Below are positions 29,212-39,272 of a stretch of 64,000 bases of DNA, one piece after another; position 1 is the stretch's first letter, and each line of letters opens with the position of its first letter. Source of the stretch: Candidatus Omnitrophota bacterium. GTDB lineage: Bacteria > Omnitrophota > Gorgyraeia > Duberdicusellales > 4484-171. The stretch is taken from the NCBI GenBank assembly GCA_037146775.1, contig JBAWWL010000008.1, forward strand, positions 70,160 to 134,159, given 5' to 3'. The notes under the pieces are model-generated. The model had not been told where the DNA came from, ran no database searches, and saw only the letters and a program-made list of their open reading frames with translations. The position numbers were made by a program, and so were the translations under genes.

Positions 29212-30186
29212 GTGAGGATGTGGCCGAGAATTCCCCTGATACGTTTATGGCGCGTTTCTGATGTTGTCTTGTCTGTCACACTTTTGTTGTGCAATGCCAT
29301 CAAGGTTTTTAAAAAACTCAAGACGCGTGGCCAGAGTCTGGCGGTCAGCAGGCAGGTAATCTTGAGATGCTTCATGTTGCTATCGTTGAGCGTTTCTTCC
29401 TTATTTGTGACACCGCATGCTTTTTCTCAAGAGAAATATTCAACCGCAGAGAAAAAGTATATGTTGGCCTTGGCAAGGGAAACGCTGGTATGGTATTTGA
29501 AATATCATAAACTACCGCAACCGGACACAGCAACGCTTTCCGGTAATCTGAAAGAAAAGAGGCCTTGTTTTGTGACTTTGATGAAGAAAGGGAATTTACG
29601 AGGGTGTGTAGGATTGTTTGAATTCGAAAAGCCTTTATATGAGAATATCATTGATAGAACGATAGTCGCCGCCGTACACGATGACAGGTTTTTTCCTGTC
29701 TCATACGATGAGTTAAGAGATATTACGCTTGAGATAAGCATTTTGACCGAACCAAAAGAATTAACTTTTACTACTGCCGAAGATCTGCTGAATAAATTAA
29801 TTCCCTTCGAAGACGGGGTCATTTTGTATACCCCCTATGGCAGTTCCACGTATTTACCTCAAGTGTGGGAACAATTACCGGACAAAGAAGCATTCCTGTC
29901 TCAGCTATGCGCCAAACACGGTGCTCCTGGAAATTATTGGAAAACTAATTATAAAAAGATTAGAGTTGAGATATATAAGGCAATTCACTTTAAGGAAGAA
30001 TCTTCCGCGGCAGGAAAGATTGTCGGGCCTGGTGGTGCGCTGGCAGGTAAGGGTGGAGCTAAAGTTATCGGCATAGTAGCTTTGACTAAAGAAGGTTCTC
30101 CTGCGCCATATGTTGTCAATGAGGGCGTCCCGTTACAGCCGGGGACGATTGTTGCCGAAGATTCAATTATTGTAGACAGGCAATGA
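29212..30186 (+). CDS. AMMECR1-domain protein (AmmeMemoRadiSam protein A), probably secreted; start uncertain
   Basis: FVTL...G.LRGCVG, D.RF.PV...EL..I..EISIL, YLPQVWEQLPD...FL..LC.K.G. Confidence 0.85.
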   Translation: MRMWPRIPLIRLWRVSDVVLSVTLLLCNAIKVFKKLKTRGQSLAVSRQVILRCFMLLSLSVSSLFVTPHAFSQEKYSTAEKKYMLALARETLVWYLKYHKLPQPDTATLSGNLKEKRPCFVTLMKKGNLRGCVGLFEFEKPLYENIIDRTIVAAVHDDRFFPVSYDELRDITLEISILTEPKELTFTTAEDLLNKLIPFEDGVILYTPYGSSTYLPQVWEQLPDKEAFLSQLCAKHGAPGNYWKTNYKKIRVEIYKAIHFKEESSAAGKIVGPGGALAGKGGAKVIGIVALTKEGSPAPYVVNEGVPLQPGTIVAEDSIIVDRQ

Positions 30187-30626
30187 ACATATTGTTGTAT
30201 TTTAAGTCGCTTTTTTTAAAGCTGATCGATAAGCTGTTTGGTCGGACAGGTATTTTTATCACTTTTTTAGGTTGGTTTTTATTGCTTACCGGCCTTTGGA
30301 TGTTAGCAAACCCGGAAAGAGCCAGGAGGAGCTTGTCCGGCCAAAGTTTTGTACTTGCTAAAGGATATGTGTTGATATCGGTATTATTTTTGGGAACACT
30401 TTTGTTTTCGCTCAATGGTAAATTAAGCGGCGTTATATCCTTTAATATACTGCTTGTGGCAATCGTATTGTTGGTACAGGTTTATTTTGTATTAAAGAAA
30501 AGAATTGCTCAAAAAATCAATGCGTGGACAGGAAAAGTGCCAATAAAATTTCTAAGAATATATGCGATAATCCAAATCTTTATCGCTGTGGCCATGTTAT
30601 TCCTACATAAGCGAATCTGGTATTAA
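30183..30626 (+). CDS. membrane protein
   Basis: Four hydrophobic segments. Confidence 0.65.
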   Translation: MNILLYFKSLFLKLIDKLFGRTGIFITFLGWFLLLTGLWMLANPERARRSLSGQSFVLAKGYVLISVLFLGTLLFSLNGKLSGVISFNILLVAIVLLVQVYFVLKKRIAQKINAWTGKVPIKFLRIYAIIQIFIAVAMLFLHKRIWY

Positions 30627-30683
30627 CTGTTTTTGTGTATAGCAAGGTATTTGTGACGTAATATTAAGCCTTTCCGTTGTAAA

Positions 30684-31724
30684 ATGTTTAAACTTATTTC
30701 ATGTAGTGGTATAATCAAAAATACAATGAACAACGTTAAAAAAGTATTGTTTCTTGGGATTGTCTTGAGTATATTTTTATTCATACCGCAGAAGGCTGTC
30801 TGTGGAGCAAAAAATTATCGTGGTAAGAAAATACTCTATATAAACTCGTATCACCAAGGTTATTACTGGAGTGACGGCGAACAGAATGCCGCTCAAAAGT
30901 CCTTGAGCGATACGGGTGTACAGTTTACGATCGCATACATGGATACCAAGAATAATCCTTCCGCTGAATTTAGCAGGCGAGCCGGCCTAAAAATAAAAAA
31001 GTTAATTCAAGAGTTTAAGCCCGACGTAGTGATCGCCGCGGATGATACCGCATTTAGGTATGTGATTATGCCTTATTACCGCAATAAGCCGTTGCCGGTT
31101 GTATTGTGCGGTATTAACTGGGATTTATCGCCCTACGGCGCACCGTACAAAAATACTACCGGTATGTTAGAAATAGGATTGGTCGAGTCGATTTATAAAC
31201 ATTTAAGGAAAATTGCAAAGGGTAACAGGGTCGGGCTTATCAGCTTTGATTCGTTCGGCGAGCGCAAAAACGCAGGATATTATCGTCAATATATCGACGG
31301 AGAATTCATCCGGGTTGAGTTTGTGAAAGACTTTGCGTCCTGGAAGCAGAAATTTATTGAAATGCAGGATAAGGTTGATATGCTTATTGTCGCCGACCCC
31401 TCCGGAATTAGAAACTGGAATATAACCCAAGCGGAGCAGTTTGTCTTAGAGCACATACGTATTCCTGTCGGGACAGAAACGATATCGATGATTCCGATCG
31501 CTTTGGTCGGAGTGACAAAAGTTCCCGAAGAACAAGGGGAATATGCTGCTCGAACGGCCTTGCGCATTCTTGACGGAGAAAAGCCTTCGGATATTCCGAT
31601 TGTCAGCAATAAAAAAGGGAATCTATATGTAAATTTGAAAATTGCTAACAAGCTGGGTGTTATATTTAATCCGGCGACACTTAGGAGCGCAAAAGCTGTT
31701 ATCGGCAGCGGAGAAAAGAACTAA
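30684..31724 (+). CDS. ABC-type substrate-binding / periplasmic sensor protein
   Basis: INSYH.GY.WS, YMDTK, PDVVIAADD.A, QGEYAA..A.RIL.GEKP.DIP. Confidence 0.8.
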   Translation: MFKLISCSGIIKNTMNNVKKVLFLGIVLSIFLFIPQKAVCGAKNYRGKKILYINSYHQGYYWSDGEQNAAQKSLSDTGVQFTIAYMDTKNNPSAEFSRRAGLKIKKLIQEFKPDVVIAADDTAFRYVIMPYYRNKPLPVVLCGINWDLSPYGAPYKNTTGMLEIGLVESIYKHLRKIAKGNRVGLISFDSFGERKNAGYYRQYIDGEFIRVEFVKDFASWKQKFIEMQDKVDMLIVADPSGIRNWNITQAEQFVLEHIRIPVGTETISMIPIALVGVTKVPEEQGEYAARTALRILDGEKPSDIPIVSNKKGNLYVNLKIANKLGVIFNPATLRSAKAVIGSGEKN

Positions 31725-31726
31725 CG

Positions 31727-33553
31727 ATGCTGAAACTTTCTATAAGAACCAAAATTATCATAGCTTTCTTTATCCTCATTATGCTTTCCGTATCTTTTCT
31801 ACTTATCAGTTTTCCTTCTTTGTCTAAAATCAACGCCTTATCTTTCGCGGCGATTCCTTTAAGCAGGGAAATTAATATTTTGCAAGATTATGATGAAGGC
31901 GTGAAGTATTTGGCAAATAAAATTGAATTATATTTTAATATACGAAGCGAAGAGACGAAAGGGGAGGTGCTTGCGGCCGTAAAGCAGGTAAACGTGTTAG
32001 CAACGCAGCATAAACAGGAAAAGGCCTTGAGCCCGCTTGCGGGCATGTTTGATTTGGTTTTAGAATTAAACAACGCCGTCGTAGAGCTCATGAGTTATAT
32101 GGACAAGAGTGAATCCGCCTATAAAATCAATCTGCAGATTGTTACCGTTAATAAACTCTTTGAAGCTTTCGACCAGATGCAAAATAATCTGCAGGAAGCA
32201 AGGTTGGTGCAGCTGCAGAAAAATGTACATTCACAAACGGAAATTACTCGCGTGCTTTTAGACAAGTTTTTGATGATAGAAATATTTATTATTGTCGTTG
32301 GTTTACTGTCATCGATAATTTTATCTAGAATAATTACCAGAAATTTATTGAAATTACGTAAAGGAACCCAGGAAATCGCCGAGGGTAATTTTTTGGCGCG
32401 CATTGATATATCTTCAGGCGACGAAATAGAAGAATTAGCCCGGTCTTTTAATATGATGGCAGATCACCTGCGAAAAACAACCGTTTCCAAAGATTATATG
32501 GATAATGTCATTCATACCATGGCGGAAACGTTGATTGTTGTCAACCCGGATCTCACGATTAGCAGCGTGAACCAGGCGACATGCGGGCTCTTGGGGTATT
32601 CCGAAAGTGAACTTATCGGCAAGTCCGTTATGATGTTATTTTCTGTCGAAGGAGCGCTCATGGAGAATGTTGAGTTTGATCATCTTATTAAGGATGCAAA
32701 ACTCATGAATTGCGAGATAAACTATCGAGCGAAAAATGGCAGAAAGATCCCTATTATTCTTAGTACGTCGGCCATGAAGGATAAAGATAATAACACCATA
32801 CGTATTATTTGTACGGCAACAGATATTATTGAGCGTAAAATAGCGGAGGAGAAATTAAAAGAGGTGGCGGAGCTGAAGTCGAAATTAACCTCTATGGTTT
32901 CCCATGAGCTGCGAACGCCGCTAGCGGCAATTAAGACCGGAATTAGTATTGTTTTGGACGGCTTGACCGGTGGGATCAATGTTGAACAGAAAGAAGTCTT
33001 GGATATCGTAAAAACAAACGTTGATAGATTAGCCCGTCTGATCAATGATGTCTTAGATTTTCATAAACTTGAATCAAAAAAGATGCAATTGAAAATGGAT
33101 GAAAATGATATTGCCGAGGTTATCAGGGAAATTTATGATACGATGAATCCCATGGTTGAGCAGAAGGGATTGACGTTTATATTGAACTTGTCGGCGCCGT
33201 TGCCGAAAGTCATCTTTGACAGGGATAGGATGATTCAGGTGCTTAGTAACCTAGTTAATAACGCCATTAAATTTACGCAAAAGGGCTCAATTACAATAAC
33301 CGCGGAAAAAGAATCACAGGGATTACATGTAGCAGTTATTGATACTGGCATAGGTATCAAACAGGAAGATATTGCCAGGTTATTTCATTCGTTCGAACAA
33401 TTAGAAACTCCGGATAACGCCAAAATAGAGGGAACAGGGCTGGGCCTTGCTATTTGCAATGAGATCATTGAGCAGCACGGCGGCGAAATTTGGGTAGAAT
33501 CAGAAATTGGCAAAGGATCTTTTTTTCATTTCATTATACCGTTCCAACGATAG
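31727..33553 (+). CDS. HAMP/PAS sensor histidine kinase
   Basis: DEIEELARSFN.M HAMP, PAS, SHELRTPL H-box, NAIKFT, DTGIGI, GTGLGL. Confidence 0.95.
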   Translation: MLKLSIRTKIIIAFFILIMLSVSFLLISFPSLSKINALSFAAIPLSREINILQDYDEGVKYLANKIELYFNIRSEETKGEVLAAVKQVNVLATQHKQEKALSPLAGMFDLVLELNNAVVELMSYMDKSESAYKINLQIVTVNKLFEAFDQMQNNLQEARLVQLQKNVHSQTEITRVLLDKFLMIEIFIIVVGLLSSIILSRIITRNLLKLRKGTQEIAEGNFLARIDISSGDEIEELARSFNMMADHLRKTTVSKDYMDNVIHTMAETLIVVNPDLTISSVNQATCGLLGYSESELIGKSVMMLFSVEGALMENVEFDHLIKDAKLMNCEINYRAKNGRKIPIILSTSAMKDKDNNTIRIICTATDIIERKIAEEKLKEVAELKSKLTSMVSHELRTPLAAIKTGISIVLDGLTGGINVEQKEVLDIVKTNVDRLARLINDVLDFHKLESKKMQLKMDENDIAEVIREIYDTMNPMVEQKGLTFILNLSAPLPKVIFDRDRMIQVLSNLVNNAIKFTQKGSITITAEKESQGLHVAVIDTGIGIKQEDIARLFHSFEQLETPDNAKIEGTGLGLAICNEIIEQHGGEIWVESEIGKGSFFHFIIPFQR

Positions 33554-33563
33554 GTGGCTTGAT

Positions 33564-33935
33564 ATGGCAAGAAAAATTTTAGTCATAGAAGATGAGTTAA
33601 GCGTCCGCAGGCTTGTTGAATTTATATTCAGTAAGAATGGTTTCGAGGTCGTAGGTGCAGGAAATGGTCAGGAAGGATTAGATTTGGCCCGTCAACATAA
33701 TCCCGATCTTATCATACTTGATTTACGTCTACCTATTATGGATGGAGTCGCGGTCGGCAAGGAGCTTAAAGGCGATGAAAAATTACGAAAGATCCCGGTA
33801 ATTTTGGTAACTGCGAGTACTGATAACATAGAGGAAAAAGTTAGAGAAAGCCTGGTAGATAGTTATTTTTTGAAGCCGTTTGATTACCAGGAATTATTAA
33901 AAAAAGTCGAAGAGCTTTTGAGGCGAGAATTGTAA
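33564..33935 (+). CDS. single-domain response regulator
   Basis: LVIEDE, DLIILDL.LP.MDG, KPF. Confidence 0.9.
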   Translation: MARKILVIEDELSVRRLVEFIFSKNGFEVVGAGNGQEGLDLARQHNPDLIILDLRLPIMDGVAVGKELKGDEKLRKIPVILVTASTDNIEEKVRESLVDSYFLKPFDYQELLKKVEELLRREL

Positions 33936-33991
33936 ATTCTGTGCGTGGTTGCGTCGCGACGGAAAAATTTGTGTAAGCCAAGGAGGAGGCT

Positions 33992-34375
33992 ATGGGCAAG
34001 AAAAAAATATTATTAGTAGATGACGAGGTTGATTTTTTGATCCTGATGAAAAAAATAATTATATCGTGGGGATACGATATAATAACTGCATCAAACAGTC
34101 AAGAGGCGCTAGCGGCGTTTCAGAAAGAGAAGCCGAATATTCTTATAGTAGACTATGCAATGCCGGAGGTCAATGGGATTGAGCTTTTAGAGAAAATACG
34201 TTCTTTAGTTGGCGGTGGGGTCCCGGCTATAATGTTTGCGGCAGAGCCGAGCATGAAGGCGATGGAGAAGGCAAAAGATCTGCGCATTTCAGCGTTTATT
34301 CCCAAGATAAGCCCGCGCATGCATACGCACGAAGATTTAAAAATGGCTCTGGATTTGATAGCTAAAGGAATATAA
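33992..34375 (+). CDS. single-domain response regulator
   Basis: ILLVDDE, DY.MP..NG. Confidence 0.9.
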   Translation: MGKKKILLVDDEVDFLILMKKIIISWGYDIITASNSQEALAAFQKEKPNILIVDYAMPEVNGIELLEKIRSLVGGGVPAIMFAAEPSMKAMEKAKDLRISAFIPKISPRMHTHEDLKMALDLIAKGI

Positions 34376-34485
34376 TTTTGTGGTTGTAGATCATTTTTCT
34401 TTGTTTTCTCGCCAGAACTTGATGTTGACACCGTAGATAAAAATGTTATAGTACTTTTAATCAAACCAATAAAGGAGGGTGTTTT

Positions 34486-34944
34486 ATGAAACAATTTCTT
34501 GGGACAGTTCTTGTCTTGCTTATGGCAGCAGGGTTTAGTGTTGCGGCTGGTTTGTATTTTACCAAGGATTATCAAACACGATTGCATGCTCTTGAGCAGC
34601 AGGGTAAGCTTGCCGATCAGGATATAGATAGTATACAGGAGATTGTGAGTAATTTAAAAACAAATATCGAAGCAATAAACACTCAGTTTAAAATGTACGC
34701 CGATAGCGCGACAGCTGTTGAAGGAAAAATAAAGATTAGCCAGGAAAAGATAGAAGCTATTTCTTTCAAGATTGACGAAATCAATAAAAATATTCAAAGT
34801 TTACAAAAAAGTTATAACACAATGGCTGTCGAACCAAAACAGCAAACTCAAGCTTCGCAAGGCTCTACTACGATCGTTAAGGTCGAAGACGTAAAAAAAG
34901 TTGATTTAGGTGAGATTGCTGTTCAAAAAGCCGAACCAAGATAA
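34486..34944 (+). CDS. membrane-anchored coiled-coil protein
   Basis: N-terminal TM, heptad pattern, AGGAGG RBS, TTGACA/TATAGT promoter upstream. Confidence 0.7.
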   Translation: MKQFLGTVLVLLMAAGFSVAAGLYFTKDYQTRLHALEQQGKLADQDIDSIQEIVSNLKTNIEAINTQFKMYADSATAVEGKIKISQEKIEAISFKIDEINKNIQSLQKSYNTMAVEPKQQTQASQGSTTIVKVEDVKKVDLGEIAVQKAEPR

Positions 34945-34958
34945 TTTACTACCCCTAC

Positions 34959-35882
34959 ATGCAGAATCTTTTTATTAACGTGACAGGAATATATTTAATT
35001 ACCACAGGAACTATTCTTGTTGCCGTATCGTTTTTTGTCGGCTTACTGAGTAAGAATCCTGGGGCATATAAGTTTTCTCACGAATTTCCATTTTTTTTAG
35101 CCCCAATTGTCTATATTCTTTTGCTAGGATGTTGGCCGATTTTCACCGGAATGGCGCTGATGGCAAAGAAAAACTGGGCGCGCTATTCGCTCTTTGTCAT
35201 GTCTATTTTTGCCATTGCGATCGGTCTTTCTTCCGGCTTCTCCCTGCTTTTTTTATCACGATCGCAAGCGACAGTAGACGCCACCGCCCGTTCTCTCTAT
35301 GCGTTTTTTATCTCTCTTGTTAATTTCATTTTTTTTATCGGCATACCTACTTATTTTCTCATATTTTTCAATAAAAAGGCCGTAAGGCAGCTGTTTTCTC
35401 CCCGAGATGTGCTCTCGAGGGGGGAGCGTAGAACTTTTGGCATTACATTGATTGCTTTTATTGCTTTTGTCAACGCCATATTCTTGTGTATATTTACTTT
35501 TTCCTCGGTGCACAATAAGATCCCGCTTTTCGGAACTTTTTCTTTATCGGGACACTCTGCAAAGGCGTACTTTTTTATTTGCGCGCTTATCAATATTTAT
35601 ATTGCTTTTGGTTTCTTCTATAGAAGGAAATTGGCGTGGTTTACGTATATTATCTTTACTCTTATCAGCGTGGTAATAGGTATTATCAATAGTTTTTCCG
35701 TAACAAGCATACGCCTGCGCGAGAGCGTTCCAAATGTAACAACCAGCTACAATGATATTCCGAAAATAGTATATAATGTTTCTGGAGGTGTCGGGATATT
35801 AATTACCCTCGTATTCCTATGCTACGTTATCTCAAAAAAACAATTCTTTAGCAAACGTTCAGCTAAAACTATCGGGACATAA
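34959..35882 (+). CDS. polytopic membrane protein (two 4-TM units)
   Basis: KKNWAR and RRKLAW loops, about 8 hydrophobic segments. Confidence 0.7.
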   Translation: MQNLFINVTGIYLITTGTILVAVSFFVGLLSKNPGAYKFSHEFPFFLAPIVYILLLGCWPIFTGMALMAKKNWARYSLFVMSIFAIAIGLSSGFSLLFLSRSQATVDATARSLYAFFISLVNFIFFIGIPTYFLIFFNKKAVRQLFSPRDVLSRGERRTFGITLIAFIAFVNAIFLCIFTFSSVHNKIPLFGTFSLSGHSAKAYFFICALINIYIAFGFFYRRKLAWFTYIIFTLISVVIGIINSFSVTSIRLRESVPNVTTSYNDIPKIVYNVSGGVGILITLVFLCYVISKKQFFSKRSAKTIGT

Positions 35883-35905
35883 TACATAAGATATTTTAAA
35901 CAGTT

Positions 35906-36694
35906 ATGAGTGACGCGACACATAAAGATCCGAAAGTGTTAGAAGAGGAAGCGTATGTGTATCTTTATCACGAAAAATACCACGAAGCTTTCGGTTTGTT
36001 CAAAAAAGCGGGCGATCTCTATAGAGTAATAGGAAACCATAAGCAGGCCGCAATTTGCTTAGCAGCCGCCGGCAGTAGCTGGAGCATTAAATCCGGAGAG
36101 AAAACTTTTTATAACGCGGCAGTATCATATGAAGAGGCCGCGAAAGAAGCGCGGTCGGCAGGAGATTATGAATATGCTTCTATGCTTTATAGATATGCGG
36201 CAGTCAATTATGAAAAAGATATGGAGTTTTATAATTTTTCTGAATGTTTTTATCGTTCAAAGCAGTGCCGCAGGAAATTTATAACTTATCTTTTGATAAA
36301 TCCGAAAAAAATTCGTCCGATTGCCAAAATCGAAGAAGAGCATGGGATAAAGAACTTTATCAAACTGCTTTTCTCTTGGTTTGCTTTGAGCATTGCTTCT
36401 CTTGTCTGGGGGTACGGAGAGCGTCCTTGGCGGGCAGCCTATGCGGCATTATCGGTGATTTGTGTTTCAGCCGGACTCTATACGTGTGGAACCCTCGCAA
36501 GAGGCGCGGTACCGTTTCAGCCAAATTTTATCGAGGCAATGTATTTTAGCATTGTAACTTTTTCAACGGTCGGCTATGGCGATATTGTGCCGGTTGGGTT
36601 CAGTAAGGTCGTCGCCGCCGGAGAAGTGTTATCGGGAATGCTTACGACGTCAATCTTCATCGTTTCACTTTCCAGAAAATATCTGCGTATTTAG
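35906..36694 (+). CDS. 2-TM potassium channel with N-terminal helical-repeat domain
   Basis: YFSIVTFSTVGYGDI.P selectivity filter. Confidence 0.85.
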   Translation: MSDATHKDPKVLEEEAYVYLYHEKYHEAFGLFKKAGDLYRVIGNHKQAAICLAAAGSSWSIKSGEKTFYNAAVSYEEAAKEARSAGDYEYASMLYRYAAVNYEKDMEFYNFSECFYRSKQCRRKFITYLLINPKKIRPIAKIEEEHGIKNFIKLLFSWFALSIASLVWGYGERPWRAAYAALSVICVSAGLYTCGTLARGAVPFQPNFIEAMYFSIVTFSTVGYGDIVPVGFSKVVAAGEVLSGMLTTSIFIVSLSRKYLRI

Positions 36695-36740
36695 GTAATC
36701 CAAGGCTTTTTTCCTTCATTACAAATCTTTAAAATTTAAT

Positions 36741-36768
36741 TTGACAATTTCTCTAAGACTATTATAAT
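36741..36768 (+). promoter_or_regulatory. sigma70 promoter
   Basis: TTGACA-16 bp-TATAAT. Confidence 0.65.
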
Positions 36769-36873
36769 TCCTTTTTCGTGATTAATTTGGCTTGTAGTGT
36801 CCCGGTATGCTTTTTAAAAAAGCATATTCTCGTTCGCTTAGCGAGCGATAAAATTTTTTTAAGGAGGATCGTT

Positions 36874-37059
36874 ATGGTAGAAAGAATCTTTCGTGTGATG
36901 AGCAACTCAGGTGAACACTTGACTGCCGAAGCTATCGCGATGGCGCTTTTAAAACAAATTACCCTTTCTTCGGATGGCCGCAAGGAGACTTTTGCGGTAA
37001 AGGAAATAGCTGGAGAAAACAATTTGCCAAATAACTGTCAAAAAACTTGTTGTTCCTAA
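36874..37059 (+). CDS. small hypothetical protein with C-terminal Cys cluster
   Basis: AAGGAGG RBS, consensus promoter, ends CQKTCCS. Confidence 0.55.
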   Translation: MVERIFRVMSNSGEHLTAEAIAMALLKQITLSSDGRKETFAVKEIAGENNLPNNCQKTCCS

Positions 37060-37365
37060 TCTCGTAAAAGACCGCCAGTCTTTAGCTATACCCCTAAACG
37101 TTTGAGTGTGTGCGTCTACACCAAGGGTGGTTCTTTTCCAAAGGGGTAAACGCTATCATTCGATAACTCTTCAGTAGCTCTAATTCTTTGCTTTAGACGA
37201 TTTCATAAAATAGGATAGCCATTGCAGGCGTTTCTTGGCGATGCGGCTGATATTTTTATGCGTTTTTGCCGAATATCGCAATGTGCGGGTGAAATACCCC
37301 ATCATTTTTCAATATTTCTCATATTTATATTGCTATGTGTTAACCGCATGGTATAATCAAAACAT

Positions 37366-37545
37366 ATGAAGAATCGCCGTGAATTACTATTTTTATCACT
37401 AGCGATGTGTGCGTGTATATCTTTAACGGGATGTGAGCTTTTGACTCTTCCCTTGCAGGCTGCCGGAATGGCGGTCGGCCTTGCATCTGATGCTTTTGAA
37501 TTGTATCAATCCTTGCCTTTACCTCCGCCGTGGATGTTCATATAA
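37366..37545 (+). CDS. 59-aa lipoprotein (not in the ORF track)
   Basis: MKNRRELLFLSLAMCACISLTGC lipobox, translated by hand. Confidence 0.55.
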   Translation: MKNRRELLFLSLAMCACISLTGCELLTLPLQAAGMAVGLASDAFELYQSLPLPPPWMFI

Positions 37546-37645
37546 GAGCCTTCCATTACCTATATTTTCATTGTATTATTAGCGGGTATTTTAAAAGAAG
37601 AAGAATATAGTTTTTTATCGTGACATTCTGCTTTGTGTAAAGTGT

Positions 37646-38515
37646 ATGGCGCAGAAAAATCATAAAATTCATCTTGAATCATTATCAAAATCAAAAGATA
37701 CTTTTCCAAGTGCGGCGATACGAGAAGCATTGCGTGTTTACTATAAAACTTCCGCCCCGTATCTTAAACAGCCAGCCCTCGACAAAGCTTATTTTAGCGG
37801 ATACGTTGCTTGGTTGTCTCAATATGCGCCAAAAGGCGCGCGAATTCTAGACGTAGGCTGTGGTACTGGTTTGTCTTCCTGCCTTTTAAAGCAGAATGGC
37901 TTTGAGGTGATAGGAATGGATATTTCGTTTTGTCTTTTAGAGAAGACTTGTCGTCAAGGACTCGAGAGTGCAGAGTATGTTGTGGCTGACGCGGTTGACT
38001 TGCCTTTTCGTGATGCATCTTTTGACGTTATTGGTTCAATGTCTTGCCTGGAGCATATTCCTGACACAGAGCAGTTGCTTGAGGAGATGATGCGGGTGCT
38101 TAAGCGCAGAGGTTTCATGCTTATCATGGCGCCAAATTTACTGAGTCCATTTCTGGCATTATCCGTTTTTTTTCGCATATGTTTTAAAAAGAAAGGTATG
38201 CCGGGTTTTGCTTCGACTCCCCGAGAAGCGCTTCGGTTATTTTTTAGAAACTTGTTCGTTTCGTTGAGAAAAAAAATAAATAAAAGTGCGCAGTTTTTGT
38301 ATCGGCGCCCGGACCTATCGTGTGCCTATGGCGGAGACGTGGACGGTGTTTATTTGGCTTGTCAGATTGATTTGAAAAATTTCTTCACGAACAACAAATG
38401 GGAAATTATTGAGTATGCGACCAATAAAGGAATCCGTTCTTGCTGGGCAAAAATCATTACAAAGGTTTTTCCTGATTTCTGTGGTGCGTGTAGTATTGTG
38501 GTGAGAAAACCTTAA
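37646..38515 (+). CDS. class I SAM-dependent methyltransferase
   Basis: ILDVGCGTG, G.DIS, DA..LPF.D.SFD, LEHI.D. Confidence 0.9.
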   Translation: MAQKNHKIHLESLSKSKDTFPSAAIREALRVYYKTSAPYLKQPALDKAYFSGYVAWLSQYAPKGARILDVGCGTGLSSCLLKQNGFEVIGMDISFCLLEKTCRQGLESAEYVVADAVDLPFRDASFDVIGSMSCLEHIPDTEQLLEEMMRVLKRRGFMLIMAPNLLSPFLALSVFFRICFKKKGMPGFASTPREALRLFFRNLFVSLRKKINKSAQFLYRRPDLSCAYGGDVDGVYLACQIDLKNFFTNNKWEIIEYATNKGIRSCWAKIITKVFPDFCGACSIVVRKP

Positions 38516-38528
38516 AGTGAGATAAGAT

Positions 38529-39269
38529 ATGCCAATACTTTCGGTTACCGGATTAACAAAGACGTACGCAGATACTGTTGCGGTGGATGATATCTCTTTC
38601 AGTGTGCATCGCAATGAAATTGTGGGCTTGCTTGGCCCAAACGGAGCAGGCAAGACCACCACTATTGATATGATTCTTAGCATTCTTGAACCAAATGCCG
38701 GAGTTATCGCTATTGATGGTTTGGATATTTCTTTACATCGTTCCCAGGCTATCGCACGCACAAATTTTTCTGCCGTCTATACTCCTTTGCCCGGCAATTT
38801 AACTGTTGCGCAGAATTTACGTATTTTTGGCCGTCTCTACAGCGTTAAGGATCTTCCGAGTCGAATCGAAGAAATGCTTGCTCGTTTTGATCTTGTAAAG
38901 TTTCGCGACAAAAAATGCGGCGTACTTTCTTCGGGTGAGCAGACACGTGTGAGTCTGGCTAAATCCATGCTTAATAATCCCCAATTGCTTTTACTTGATG
39001 AGCCAACGGCGTCGCTTGATCCGGCTACTGCACGGGATATACGCGTAAAAATGCGTGAATTCGCGACACAAGGAGGGGGTGGGGTGCTTTGGACATCACA
39101 TAATATGTATGAAGTGGAAGAGATATGTGATCGCGTGCTTTTTCTTTCGCACGGCAAAATTATTCTTGAAGGTAATCCAAAAACTTTGCCCGCACAACAT
39201 CGTAAAAAAACACTCGAAGAGCTTTTTATCGCCGTGGCGCGCGAACCGCTTACTTTACGGGAGAATTAA
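38529..39269 (+). CDS. ABC transporter ATP-binding protein
   Basis: GPNGAGKTT, LSSGE, LLLDEPT. Confidence 0.95.
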   Translation: MPILSVTGLTKTYADTVAVDDISFSVHRNEIVGLLGPNGAGKTTTIDMILSILEPNAGVIAIDGLDISLHRSQAIARTNFSAVYTPLPGNLTVAQNLRIFGRLYSVKDLPSRIEEMLARFDLVKFRDKKCGVLSSGEQTRVSLAKSMLNNPQLLLLDEPTASLDPATARDIRVKMREFATQGGGGVLWTSHNMYEVEEICDRVLFLSHGKIILEGNPKTLPAQHRKKTLEELFIAVAREPLTLREN

Positions 39270-39272
39270 TCC

